Part shown: positions 42,586 through 55,042 of the stretch, one piece after another
How the letters are laid out: every line of letters begins with the position of its first letter
Position numbering within the stretch: the stretch's first letter is position 1
Assembly: GCA_027604505.1 (NCBI GenBank)
Contig: JADIIX010000004.1
Coordinates: forward strand, 186,001-250,000
Reading direction: 5' to 3'
DNA length: 64,000 bases
DNA from: Gonapodya sp. JEL0774
Lineage: Eukaryota
Notes under the pieces: generated by a model
Seen by the model: the letters and a program-made list of their open reading frames with translations, nothing else
Database searches by the model: none
Told to the model about the DNA's origin: nothing
Program-made: the position numbers and the translations under genes

Positions 42586-44559
42586 GGGGACCAGGAATAG
42601 ACGGTTAGCTTCGGGGGAGACAGAGAGAGGTCCCTGAAAGCTGTGTGTGCCGGCGTTGGAAACGAGATCATGTGCCGAAGCAGATCGTTAAAGGTCTTAC
42701 GAGTCATAATCTCATATTATAGATGTGAAGAGTAAGGGTCAATGAGTGAATTTGTGAATTGGTTTAGACTGACATGATTTGATTGATATCATTTATTTGT
42801 GTCACAAGGTTCATGATGGATCTCAAAACTCGAAAGAAACCCTAACTGCACTTGACCACATGTAACTGCTGGAGGCATGTACCGTCACTTAATTGAGCAC
42901 TTACACAAGCATTTATTGACCATTACTCGTAGAGCTTGGTCATTTATTGACATTCGCCACTGCCCCGGAGCAGTCACAGACAGTCGCGGTTTGTAAATGC
43001 AGCTACGTAGCATTTAGCACCAAGTTTCAGCATTTAAATACACCCATATGTGTAATCTGGTGGTTCTGATATTGACATTGTCATATGTGATATGCACTCT
43101 TGCCAGCTTTCTGTTTGGCCTGTGGGGCCGACAAACTCATTCTCACCTTCCCCCACCAGCGCGTAACGACAGATGGGCCTGTGACAATACTTCAGAGGTT
43201 CTCATACAACAGTGGATTTAAGATTTGTGTAGGACAATGGTGCACTGCTGGAAGGACAATGACACCCATTGCTCAGGAGCGCAGCTGGTGTCACAGGAGG
43301 GGTACAGGAGCAAGGTAACGATGATGAGTGGTACAGCACCATTTAAGGAATATTTATTTGTCAAATTTCTGCACTTTATTGGAACGAGTAAGCGGTTCTA
43401 TTGAGGTTTGAGTGTGGCACTGCAGCAGCTCCACCAAGACACTGCTCGGAAACATTCCCCCAAACACAAAAGCATCTCCACCTTGTTTTATCAGACGTTG
43501 CTGGCTTGTGCTCTTGCAATACTGGAAGTTAATGGCTGCCTATGAGGTGGGTAAGATGCCAACAACTCTTGCCACGTCCCAGCTTCCATCTCAAACTCCA
43601 CGACCTCTACACCTGGCGTCCACACAAGAGGATCACTGAAGGTGAGTGGTGGCGCGTATTTTTGATGACGGTGGACAGAACTTAGAACTGGAAGCGAATG
43701 CCTAGCGTGTTGGGGACTGGCTCTGCTGATTCAGTCTACTGGCAGTCGTGTGTCCTCAAACAGGATCAGCACCTGAATCAATACATGATAATCCTCATGA
43801 GCACTACAATATGCAGTTCTCCTAAGTAGCAACAGCAGTACCTCAATTTCCAGCATTGAGGCTTCTTTCCAGATCCAGCTCGTAAGTGAGCACTCTCCAA
43901 GCTTGTACTACACTGCTGTTGAATTGGGTGTGTCACGTTTCAAGCTCTATTTAATGGAATAATTACAATGATTTCTAGTGAGTGATGAAGATATCCTGCT
44001 GCCTTTCTTGTCTGCACTAACAAGTGGATGAAACATTCATTGCTGCAACATTTGTAGTGAGCTGTCAAGGACCTTATATGTGCTGCGATGGGAAAGTACT
44101 TGAAGGTACTTCAGACAAAGTGAGTAATGGTTGTGTGAGCACTGGTCGTTTTGCTCAATCTGAAATTTGCTCCACCCTGAGGTTACTCCCAATCATCAAT
44201 CTTTCTGTGATCCTGGGATCCAGTACGCTTTCTAACAGGTGAGTTGGTGGACAGAGCATTGCTCGTGGAGTTGTGTTGTCAAGTTCTCAATGGATGAACG
44301 TTCAGGATTACAGAATCAAGGAGCAAGGATTTAAGGGCAACTCTACCTTGGAAACAGAGATGTTACTTTGAGAGAGTGTGAGGTGCTGGCAGGTGAGTGT
44401 GGCCAGTGGAAGTACATGCTAGTGATGTTGATGGGTTAGATGTATGTATGGCAGAACTGCCAGTAACCAGTTTATCACAGAATAAACAAAATTTAGAATT
44501 ATTTTATGGTGATATGTCAAATGAAGAAAGTGCAAAAACATGAGAAGGATCCAGTGGAC

Positions 44560-44900
44560 CAGGAAACAGAAATTTAAAAACTATGGAGGATGGAATTCAT
44601 TTGCTGATCACATGTCTTGCACAAATGTTGCTCAAGGAGTTTATAGAGCACCCTGGCCAGCAACAAGTTGTTTGGGTACCATCAGAGGAAAAGATTGTTC
44701 AGAATGCCATCTGGGCAATCACAGGTGAGAGCATAGAGGTAGAATTGGATTCTGAAGACAATGATGGTGGCAAGGTGGAGGAGGTGTTCAGTGTGTCAGA
44801 GAAGCTTCAGATTCTTGCTTTGGCAAAGTACAACACTGCTGTTCAAGCAATTCTCTATTTTACTTTCCAAAAAATCCAATAATGCTAGACAAGCTACTTT
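44560..44900 (+). pseudogene. Possible pogo/CENP-B-type transposase C-terminal remnant
   Basis: EFIEHPGQQQVVWVPSEEKIV...DSEDND...KLQILALAK resembles the acidic tail of pogo/Tigger transposases; no catalytic domain or TIR found. Confidence 0.3.
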
Positions 44901-46149
44901 ATATAATTTGTCTGTGAAAAATAGAGACCATTTGCAGTCAGCAGCTGCTTGCTAACTCCAGGTCAAGGCCCTCCACCAAGTGCCTGCAAATAGTCAGCTT
45001 GCACTGTACTGGTCTAGTGGTCACTCTATTGAGCTTGTCAATATAGTCAAGTGGGTGCATCATCTTAAAGATTTCTACTTCTGGTGACCAAAACAACAGG
45101 CAAAGATAGGGCCATGAAGGAGGTGAAACAACATGGACACCATTCCAAGATGGTGAACAGCAGGTTCTGTTCATGCTACCATTCGATCTTGGTGCAGTCT
45201 GATTCTGCAAGTGCCTGATGGTTGGTTGTGTCAAAAGTTGATGTAGTCCAGGCACTGGCACAATAGACGGTGATGGTGCAAGCTCCCCAGGTTCAAAGAG
45301 TACCCGAGGATGTGAAAATTGCATCCCCCTAGGTTGCAGACCCATACAATGCTGAACAGGACTGAAATCTTCTGTGGCACCTTGAGGTGCAGAAATTCCA
45401 CCAGCATGGATACTACCAAAATAGCTTGGCATCGTCATTTGTGGAGAAGGACAGAGTCCCAAGTAGAGAATACTGGGGGAGACTGCAAGAGGATTTGTCG
45501 GAACTTGCCATGCTGACAGCTCAACTGCTGATGTAGAGGTTGAACTATTGAACCACTCCCAAGAGCAGTCCACTCACAAAAAAATGCTGTTCCATTGGTA
45601 GTTTTACTCTTTTCACTGACCGCTCCCACAGAGATCCATACATTAAGTTGTCAATAGCATTGTTTATACTTCTGCTTCCATCAGTAGACCCATCCAAGCC
45701 CAGAGTTTGCTTCATCAATTGCGATTACAGCAGTCACTATTGCTATTGACTGACTCGAGAGTTTGTGTAAGGTCAAATAACCAGGACAGTAGTTGTGAGG
45801 GAGGTGAAGGCAGTTGACTGAAAGGAGACATTTGTTCACTAGAAAAGCCACCATGAAGATACAGAAACAGTCTCTATCAAATTTTCATACATTTTTTATT
45901 TCAGTTCTTCTGCTGCAAGTCAAGAAGAAGTCTTATGTAATAAAACTGCCATATTTGGCAATAGACTCCTCACCATGCCACACTTCTTAGTGCAGTGCGC
46001 AGAAACTGGGGGTTTAACTGCAAGACAATGCAAGATAGATAACTAACCAGATCTATTTTCATATGGGAGGGGGTAATAGTTGGTAGTCCTCCCCTTGTAA
46101 CCTAAATAACCACAATGACAATCCTGTAATGATAACAACTGAATATGGT

Positions 46150-48995
46150 ACTATCAAATGTAATCTGTATGTACTCTATATATAGTGTATTCCACTGTGT
46201 ACTGTCTAACCATAATGCTCATACAAACAAGTTTCAGTTGTTGAGCAGCTTGTGGAACTTGTCACTGGGGTTGACAAAGCACATCCACACTCCTCCTGCT
46301 CTGCCGCATCCAAGTCCCAAGCGTTGTCCGTTACGCTAACAAATTTCTTGTCCGTTCTTGTCCTGGGGTGAGGGTTTTGTCTGGTCAGGGTTCTGTGGCA
46401 CTGAGCCTTGTGGCCCCATCTTTTTACTGCAGACACTCCACCTCATAAAGACGTTCTTCTCAAGACCAGTGGCACATGCCAGAATTTTAATTTGGAGGTT
46501 ATCGCAAAGGATTGCTTTTACTTGAGGGAATGTTAATGAGCTGGTGTGTGGGACATCTTCCAGCGTGAATGGATTGGACTCACTTTGCAGTATGAAAACT
46601 GGCAATCCTCGTTCACAGTACAGGAACAGGAGACAATGGATCATCACATCCTGTGCATTCTTCTGCTATTCATCAGTCTTGGCCGGAGCATCAACAAGTT
46701 TGTTCACCTCTGTAATGATGTTAGCAAAGGGATACATCTTGAGGAGTCTCCTGAACTCGGAGGATAGAGTGGGAAATTGGGGGTCTTTTGGGAAGGATCC
46801 CCAAAATCTGGTATCGCGGGTCCCCTTGTTCCTTCATCTTCTCCACCACTGCAAACAACATGGGAGCGTAATGAGTGAACCTGATATACTGAAAATTTGA
46901 ATTGTTCCCTGACTGATTCTTGTTGGGAGTGCAGTGGTGAGTTCCTGTTCTGTCACCAGGGAAACACACATAGATTACCACTAAGTAAGTAGATGAGTAG
47001 GGTTGTGGTGTTAGGGATCAGTAGGGACGCAGAGGCGTAGTGGCGTAGGCGCCACAGGGTTAGAGATTCTTTAGGTTTCATAACAAGCACTCTGTCTCAG
47101 GTAGGATGGAGCCTTGGTGGTGTATTTGACATTACATCTACATTTCTGTCTCAGCTATCCTATAGTTTGAGTTGTGACTCCAAGGCCGGGGCACATGTTC
47201 TCCCTGTGTGCAGTGCAGTAGAAGTGGAGACGTAGGCCCATGTCACTCATCCTGGCACTCCACAGATGTATAGCTTACTCAAATGATTCAAACTCATCAG
47301 TTGAAAGTGTGCCAGATTGACGATGTTTCGGACTGTTGTCATCACAAAGGCAGCATACCAGGCTGAGGCAGGGTCAGAGGACACGTTGTTGGTGGTGGGG
47401 CTGGGTTTGTGGCATGTCCCTGTGAGTTTGCTGCCTGACAAACAGTGTGGGTTGGGTTTAAGGTATGTCCCTGCATGTTTGCTGCCTGACAAGTCTTTAC
47501 CATGTTCGAGCAAGCTCTGCCATTGCGTCCACTCCTCACTACTGGCGGCAATTCCTTTTGGGCATGGGAAGTGGAGTGGAACAACGGGTTTCCCACCTTG
47601 GAATGCAAAGGTCCATACAGCAGCATTCAGCTGTATTTGCTGTAGCCGCTCTGCCAGATGGGGGAGGCCCTTCGCTTCTGTGGGCACGAGAGATTTTGAA
47701 GTCGCTGAAAAAGTGGTGCGAAAGGAACACGAGGTGTGTGGTGTGTTTTTGCGATGGACGTCTGAATGTTATTCGCTGATTTTACTCACCGTTGACTGTT
47801 TGCTTGTGCAAACCGCCGCTCTGGGCCCCAACAAAAACTTTGTACCAGTCCAAAGGGCATTGGAGCATCGGGACAGGAGTCGGCAAATGAAACAGGTCTC
47901 CCGCGAGATCACCAGAGAAGTATGGACACAGTGAGAGACCTTGGGTGGACAGTACAAATGTGGGTTGGAGCTGCAAGACGGTCAGTGGGATTTCACTCAA
48001 GGTGAGTGTGTTGTCTGTGGTGTACTCAGTGACCAAGCACGCAAATGGTACGGTACGCTGCAGCTGGCCCAAACACATCCTGAATGATGGACATGGGGAT
48101 CAGGGTTAACATGCCAGAGCAAAGGTTCTTTACGCAGTGGTCGACAACCATCTGGAGGTATTCAACGGCGTTTTCCAAATCAAGTAAGTTGTGGCCCCTG
48201 ATCTCCGCCCTGATTTGTCTGACCATCTCCATGGCCTTTTGTACTCTCCCCATTTACTTGTCACTATATTGGCCCATTTTTCTGACGTTCCTGGCCATGG
48301 CTTCTCACTGTCCTCTGAGTTGAGGACACTCTCTTCTCGGTACGAGCGTCGCCCTCCTTGAGGCTTTTGGTGAGCCAGGGCAAGAGAGTAGACTGTGTTG
48401 ATGACATGGATGTAAGGTAAGTGCAATTCTGGTTGGGTGAGCAGAGGGATTGAAGAGAGAACTACGTGCGAAGGAATTGGGTGTCTTGAGACTGGTGGCT
48501 GAAATGGAGTAAAGTTAGAATGTATGAAGAAATCGAAGTGTAATACATTTGAGAATGAAAGAGGTCGTTGATTGGACGAGAGATCTGTCTGCGTGGGGTG
48601 TGGTCACCCTGCCATCCTCCCCACATACCAGTGTGAACGAGAAACGGTTGAAGCCGTTCACATCCACATTTTATAAATGTGAGGACACAACGGAAACAAG
48701 AGTTGAGATCAGAAGCACTGACACTATGGATCTCCGAAATTTGCTGGCGAAAAACAGCCTCTGTCGTTCAAATCTTCGGGTTTTGGTCAGACGTGGGGAG
48801 TGGGCAAGTATTCAGGAGAAGATGGCAATGCAAGGGTGGCGAAAGAGAAGAGTCCGATGAAATCAAGTTTTATCGTTGTTTGCGCGGGGTTTTGAGTGGT
48901 TTCCCTGTGGTCAATGAGATAAATGCAAATCTGGAGTGAGCAGGTTGGAGATGTGGTGGAGGCTCCAACCCAAACGAACAGCCGTGGTTGCGTCA
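46150..48995 (-). mobile_element. Degenerate copy A of the unclassified element (internal deletion and a solo LTR insertion)
   Basis: Colinear homology with 49848-51157 and 53211-54510; frameshifts, stops and CpG decay. Confidence 0.85.
46951..47195. mobile_element. Solo LTR (245 bp)
   Basis: TG...CA termini; perfect 5-bp TSD TGTTC (46946-50 and 47196-200); absent from copy B; related to the LTR at 56048. Confidence 0.88.
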
Positions 48996-49280
48996 ACAAC
49001 CAACCATATTTGGGCAGCCATTCATTTGTACTTGTGCCAATGGGTATGTCAATTGCACAAGAGCACATGGGAAAACTGTTGCTATGCGCTTTGTAATTGA
49101 AGTTCCACACAAATGCGCACTACCTATCACACAAGCATTTGATCCCTTCTGACACCAACAATCACGTTGTGGACACACAGCACGTACTCTCAATAAATAA
49201 ATAAATAAAATCCAGTGGTTATTGGGTCCAATTATGATTTAACGCTCTGAATCTATGCTCTATCTAATAGGAACCGCTTC

Positions 49281-49517
49281 GGTGGTGTCCATACACCGCA
49301 GTACCACGCACTTTCCTCTTGAGAATAACCCGGCCCCAAGGATCAATAACTCAAGCAACACCTCTCATAGCTGGTGGCTCTTTTCCGAGGGTAAGCGTGC
49401 ATGGACAGCGAGGGTTCCGTAGCCCAGAAAGACCTGGGCATGGGGTCGGCAAGTGCATTTACACACCTTCACGGAGGCCTGTTGACTCCACAGTAACCCC
49501 CCGCTACACAGACCACC
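49281..49517 (-). ncRNA. Candidate structured RNA of unknown class (upstream of copy A)
   Basis: Nested helices GGTGG/CCACC, AGCGGGGG/CCCTCGCT, GCCCAG/CTGGGC, CCATGCAC/GTGCGTGG, CTTGAG/CTCAAG; G-U pairs favour the minus strand. Confidence 0.5.
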
Positions 49518-49828
49518 AATTCATTATATTTGACGTTTTCAATTCGAGTCGGAGATCGGAGAACCTCGCAGGGGGCAGGAAAGTTGGTGCGAGAGGGAGG
49601 ACGATGGGCATTTGCAGCGGCACCCACACAAGGCTGAGCCTAACCATCGTTGATCCTCTTTTCAGTCCTCCAGATTTCTCATGATTCATTACTTTCGCCG
49701 TCATGTATTATAATGAGGATATTTGGTGCGCAACTTGTGATCGGCCTGACAAATCAAGAGAGCTGTGCGCCAGGCTTTCAACCACTAAGCCAATATATAA
49801 CATAAACAACTTTTCCAGAGTACTTCGG

Positions 49829-49844
49829 CCCTCATTGGAACAGT
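49829..49844 (+). pseudogene. 5' fragment (16 nt) of tRNA-Arg(TCT)
   Basis: CCCTCATTGGAACAGT is identical to 55467-55482 and has a similar leader (ccagagta). Confidence 0.8.
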
Positions 49845-49916
49845 CAGCTATTCAAATGTAATCTGTACGTACTCTATATGTGATCTGATCCACTCTGTAC
49901 TGTCAACCCACAATGC

Positions 49917-52900
49917 TCATACAAACGGGTTTCGGTTGTTGAGCAGCTTGTGGAACTTGTCACAGGGGTTGACAAAGCACATCCACAACTCCTCCCGCTC
50001 TGCCGCATCCAAGTGCCAAGCGTTGTCTGTCACAGTAATGAATTTCATGTCTGTTCTTGTGCCGGGGTGTGGGTTTGGTCCGGTGAGCGGTCCCCGGCAC
50101 TGGGGCTTTGCCGCCCCACCTTTCCACTTGACACACCCACGCCGCGGACACTCCACCTTCGCAAAAACCTTCTTCTCAAGACCAGCGGCACTTGCCAGAG
50201 TCTCGATTTGGAGGTCGTCTCGCAGGATGGCGTTCGCCCGATGGAATGTCAACGAGTGGGCGTGTGGGACCTCGTCCAGTGTGAACGGATTGGACCGACG
50301 ACCTTGCAGAGTCACAAGTGGGGACCCTCGTTCCCGGTACAAGAACAGGAAACGATGGATCATCGCATGTTGGGCGTACTTTCGCCATTCATCCGTCTCC
50401 GCCGGAGCGTCCGCGATTTCGTTCACTTCCGTCACAATGTCAGCGACCGGATACAGCTCGACCAGCCTTTTGAACTCGGCAAACAGGGCGGCAAGTTGAG
50501 GACTTCCATCGGGGAAAACTTGAGGGCATCGCAGGACACCCAAGTTCCTGTATCGCGGGTCCCGTTGTTCCTTCATCTACTCCACCACCGCAAATGCCAT
50601 TGGAGCATCATGAGCGAATCGGATGAAATTGAAGCCGGAGACGTTTGCTGATTGGCCAATGTCAGAAGTGCATTGGTGAGTGCCTGTTTCCCCTTTGTGC
50701 TGTGCTGGGGAGTTGGAGACATAGCCCTGCGTCACACATCCTGGGACACCACAAATGTATACCCGTCTCAAGTGATTTAAACTCGTCACTTGAAAATACG
50801 CTGGGTCAACGATGTCTCGCACCGTTGTCATCAGGAACGCCTCATACCGGGCTGAGGTGGGGTCGGAGGACATGCCGTTGGTGGTTGTGTTGCGAGCTTG
50901 AGTTGGGTTCACGGCATGTCCCCGCGAGTTTGCCGCCTGACGGAAGTCTTTACCTTCTCCTAGCGAGCTCGCCCATTGCGTCCACTCCTCACTACCGGCT
51001 ACAATCCCTTTCGGGCATGGGAAGTGGAGTGGAACAACGGGTTTGCCAACTCGGAATGCGAAGGTACGTACAGCAGCAATGAATTGTTGGATTTGTTGTA
51101 ACCGCTCTGCCGATTGGGGGAGGCCCTCGGCTTTCTTGGGCAGGAGGGACGTTGAAGAGCGCCTGTCGTCGTCGGACGAGGGGGAAGAGTCTACAATTTC
51201 GATTGCAGTACTTGTATCTAAAAGTAGAAAAGAAAAAATTGAATAAAAATATATTGGTCAGTTAGAATATCATAGCGAGATTTGAGACGAGGAAGTGGTG
51301 GGTGGGGGATTCGGCTTCGAGAGGGCGGACCACTCTGACACAAAATCCTTACCTTCACCTCCTTTCAAACCACCACTCGCCCGCAACGAACGAACAAGCC
51401 GCACCCTCCCCGTTTCGTACTCCCTACGAAGCTCCCTTAGCTTCGATTCGATTTGCTTGGCGATCGCCGATTCCCGGAACCGGTCCAACAGAGCCTCGAG
51501 CTCCACCCTGACAGCGTCGCCTCCGTCGTCGAGGCGCCACGGGTAGTTCTATTATGGACATGATGCAGAAGAGGGATGGATGTATCTGTGAGTTGTCACG
51601 GTTCGGGAGCAGGACGAGGTTCAGGGCCACCTCACCAGAACACTCACCTCATCCCGTTGCGAGAGCTGCTGGCGCACGAACAGGTCCAAGCACTTGCTGT
51701 GCAGTAGGCCGATTGCGAAGAGCTGATAGTACAGGGGTGAGGGCGATGGATCGTGCTTGAAGTGGCCTGGATGGATGTTGGGACTGACCAACGCCCAGTC
51801 CCTGCTGCGAGGCCCGACCTTGCAGACCGCTGTCGTCCCAACGAGTTGGTACAGCTGTCTGACGGCTCGTAGCTTCTCGATTTTCAGGTTGCTTCCGTTT
51901 GACGTCTCACCAGCCGCCTTGTCCTCCAGTTCCCCATCCGCCAGCAGACCCTTCTCAAACACCGCAACGACGCCTTCCGAATCAGCAGCGACGTGAATCG
52001 GCATCAATATACCCAACTGACGGCGGAGGAAAAGGAGGGCGCGGAAGAACCAGCGGCGGTTGGTTGTCGGCAAGACATCCATAACGGTCCCAAGACGCGG
52101 CACAGCAGGAAATTAGGCGGTACACTGCTTGTTGCAGTGCAAGGATTGTGGAAAATGGTGAGTGAGAGCTCTCTTGCTATCGCTGGCCCACTTCCTGAGA
52201 GTTTGTGGAAGAACGGTATTCCATTTCTAACTGCCTCAAGTGTCACATCCTTGTGGATGTTCACTGTTGACACGGCACCACACTGTGTCCGAATCGGTTG
52301 AGACAGTTGGGCCAACGGTATGGCAATCTCCTCGTTGTAGTGAGGTAAGTGTGCCAAGTCCGCCGGTTCTCGCAACCCAAAGGAGGCAGTGAATCCTTGC
52401 ACCCGGTCGTAATACAGGTCGCCGAGAGCGTCACTCAGCCGTGTGTCGTATGCAGTGGCTGCCGCACCTTGGGTTCGTTGAGAATGAACGTGGAGGTGAG
52501 TTTGCTTGTCATGTGATCGAATGTGAGTTTGCGCGCACTGTGGAATTCTCACCATCCATTGCTGTCTCTCCCAATTCCTCCAATGCAGGCTTTATGGCCA
52601 TCTCCCTAGCATTGCCGATCAAGTCTGCGACGGAGTTGTCGAGACGGAGTCGCCGAGAGTACCCGCCAAACGCCGAGTTGAGCGCCAAGGGTCCGATCAG
52701 CAGGACAAGTGCGTCCTCGATGTCACCGACGAACTGCATCGCGAACTCACACCGGTCATCCAAGAATTCGGGGATCTCCACTTGGATCAGGGCGTGCGAG
52801 GTGAGTTGCTGGAGGAGATGGTCATCGGATCCAGACACGAGTGAGTCACTGTCGCTGTCGCTGTCGCTGTCCACATCCACATCGATTGGATCAGATGATC

Positions 52901-53938
52901 CATTTCGAGTGGATGTATCGGCAATACGCAGAAAGTTGAGGATGCGGACTCGCGATTTTGTTCGAGTGAAATCGTTCATCATCCGCTCCTGTCCATCGCA
53001 GACTCGCGAAACTCCGGCGTATCTGAACGAGAACGCGCGATCTGAATCGCTCTCTGCGAATTCTCGGACCTGGCGGTGGCAGTGGTCGAGGACGGCGGTG
53101 GCCCATGGAGCGTCGGCGGGATAGCTTTCGAGGTATGTTTCGAGTATTGTTGTCGCCCTTTGCAGATCAACTCTGTATTCTCGAACGTAGAATTCAAAAA
53201 AGCTGAGTTTTTGAAGTCGCGGAAATAGTGACGAGAAAGGAAGACGAGGTGAGTGGTGTGTTTTGGCGAGGACGTCTGAATGTTGTTCACTGATTCTACC
53301 CACCGTTGACCGTTTGCTCGAACGAACCGCTGCTCTGGGGCCCCAGCAAACACTTTGTACCAGTCCGAAGGGCGGTGGAGCATCGGCACAGGAGTCGGCA
53401 AATGAAACAGGTCCTCCGCGAGATCGCCGGAGAAGTACGGACGCAGTGAAAGACCGTGGGTGGACAGTACAAATGTGGGTTGGAGCTGCAAGACGGTCAG
53501 TGGGATCTCACCCAAGGTGAGTGCTTTGTCCGTGGTGTACTCGGTGACCAAGCACGCCAGAAGGTGTGGAGCTGCTGGCCCCAACACATCCTGAATGATG
53601 GACGCCGGGATCGGGGTTGACATGCCAGAGCGAAGGTTCTGCACACGGTGGTCGACAACCGTCTGGAGGTACTCTGCGGCGTTTTCCAAATCGAGTGAGT
53701 TGTACCCGGCGATATCCGTCCTGATTTGTCTGACCATCTCCGTGTCCTTTTGTATTTTCCCCATGTACTCGTCACTAAATTGGCCCTTTTTTTTGACATT
53801 CGCGGCGATCGCTTCTCTGGTCTTTGCCTTGTATGTCGCTGTCCTCTGAGTTGACGACACTCTCTTCTCGGCACGAGCGTCACGCTCCTCGAGGTTTTTG
53901 GTGAGCCAGGGCAAGAGTGTGGACTGAGTTGATGCCAT
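49917..53938 (-). CDS. Element copy B gene: ~1,100-1,200 aa protein with GIY-YIG-like and UDG-like motifs and Cys clusters; one frameshift and one premature stop
   Basis: Four GT-AG introns join ORFs 52979-54067, 52509-53303, 52004-52555/51621-52103, 51270-51506 and 49917-51220 in frame; frameshift near 52110; TAG at 50577-79 is AAG in copy A. Confidence 0.7.
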
Positions 53939-54800
53939 GGATAAAAGGTGAGTGAAATTCTGGTTGGGGGTGAGCAGGAGGGATCGAAGAGAGCACAATG
54001 TACGAAGAAATTTGGGTGTCTTGAGACCGGCGGTTGAAATGGAGTAAAGTTGGAATTTTTGTACCAAACAAATTTGAATACATTTTTTTATGAAAACCGG
54101 TCGGCGTTCGGCCCAGAGAACCGGCCGGGGGGGGGTGGGCCCCCCCCCCCCCCCCCCCCGCCCCCCACGAGAAACGGTTGAAGCCGTTCACACGTACATT
54201 TTGTGAACGTGAGGACGGAACGGAGACAAGATTTGAGATCAGAAGCTCTGGCTCTTTGGATCTGTGGAATTTGCTGGCGAAAAACGACGTCTGTCGTTCG
54301 AATCTTTGGGTTTTGGTCAGATGTCGGGAGTGGACGAGGATTCGGGAGAAGATGGCAATGCAAAGACGGCGGAAGACAAGAGTCTGATGAAATCGTGTAT
54401 GTCAAGTCGTTTGCGCCGGGTTTCGAGTGGTTTCGCGGTGTCGATGAGATGAATGGAAATCTGAGAGTGAGCAGGGTGGAGATGTGGTGGAGGCACGAAC
54501 GGCTGTGGTCGGTATACCTCCAAACAATTCGAATTCCAATCAACAAAAGTATTCTGTCTTGCCCTTGCAGTAGTCACCAAAGTGCTTTGTGTCCGTGCCA
54601 GGTCCACAAAATACTCCTATTTGATTGCCGAGTGTGCGCTCGTGGGGGGGGGGGGTCGTACCAGGCAGTACCCGGAGCCTTTTGTGGGCAATTTAATAGT
54701 AATGCTGATAATTCAAGGTTTATTGGCGTGGATGCTACAAAGTCTACGGCAAAGAAATAAGAAATGCATACCACCGCACCACCCACCACCCGTTAGATGA

Positions 54801-55042
54801 CACGGGACATGAATCCATTCCAAGGCTTGCTATCCAACCATTGCAAACCAGCCAATAGCCTTCGGACGACGAGAAAATCCGCCTCCTACCGCTGCTGGTG
54901 GCCAGCAATAGAAGGCAGACTGAGATGCAGCGAGCTTCCCAAACTCCGCCTCACTGGGAAATTGACGTCGGAACACGCAGCAAGGGTGCTGGGGATTGAC
55001 ACGTTGAACAGGCGTGGTGTTGGAGAGCCTCGCGTCCCGGGA
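54801..55042 (-). ncRNA. Candidate structured RNA of unknown class (upstream of copy B)
   Basis: CGGGAC/GTCCCG closing helix, GCGAG/CTCGC, CAGCA/TGCTG, TGCTGG/CCAGCA, AAGGCT/AGCCTT; topology resembles 49281-49517. Confidence 0.45.

Noticed and set aside
44938..45629. Minus-strand ORFs in the repeat region
   Set aside because: No recognisable domain; probably decayed transposon sequence.
49917..53938. Fanzor/TnpB, Penelope RT or Dada transposase identity for the element protein
   Set aside because: No RuvC triad, RT YxDD or DDE motifs are recognisable.
54060..54170. G/C homopolymer inverted repeat (possible G4 or hairpin)
   Set aside because: The homologous region in copy A (48540-48640) is ordinary sequence; this looks like low-quality base-calling.
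54920..54975. Group I / lariat-capping ribozyme-like words (AGACTG...GTCGG) on the plus strand
   Set aside because: P7 pairing is incomplete and G-U pairing favours the minus strand.
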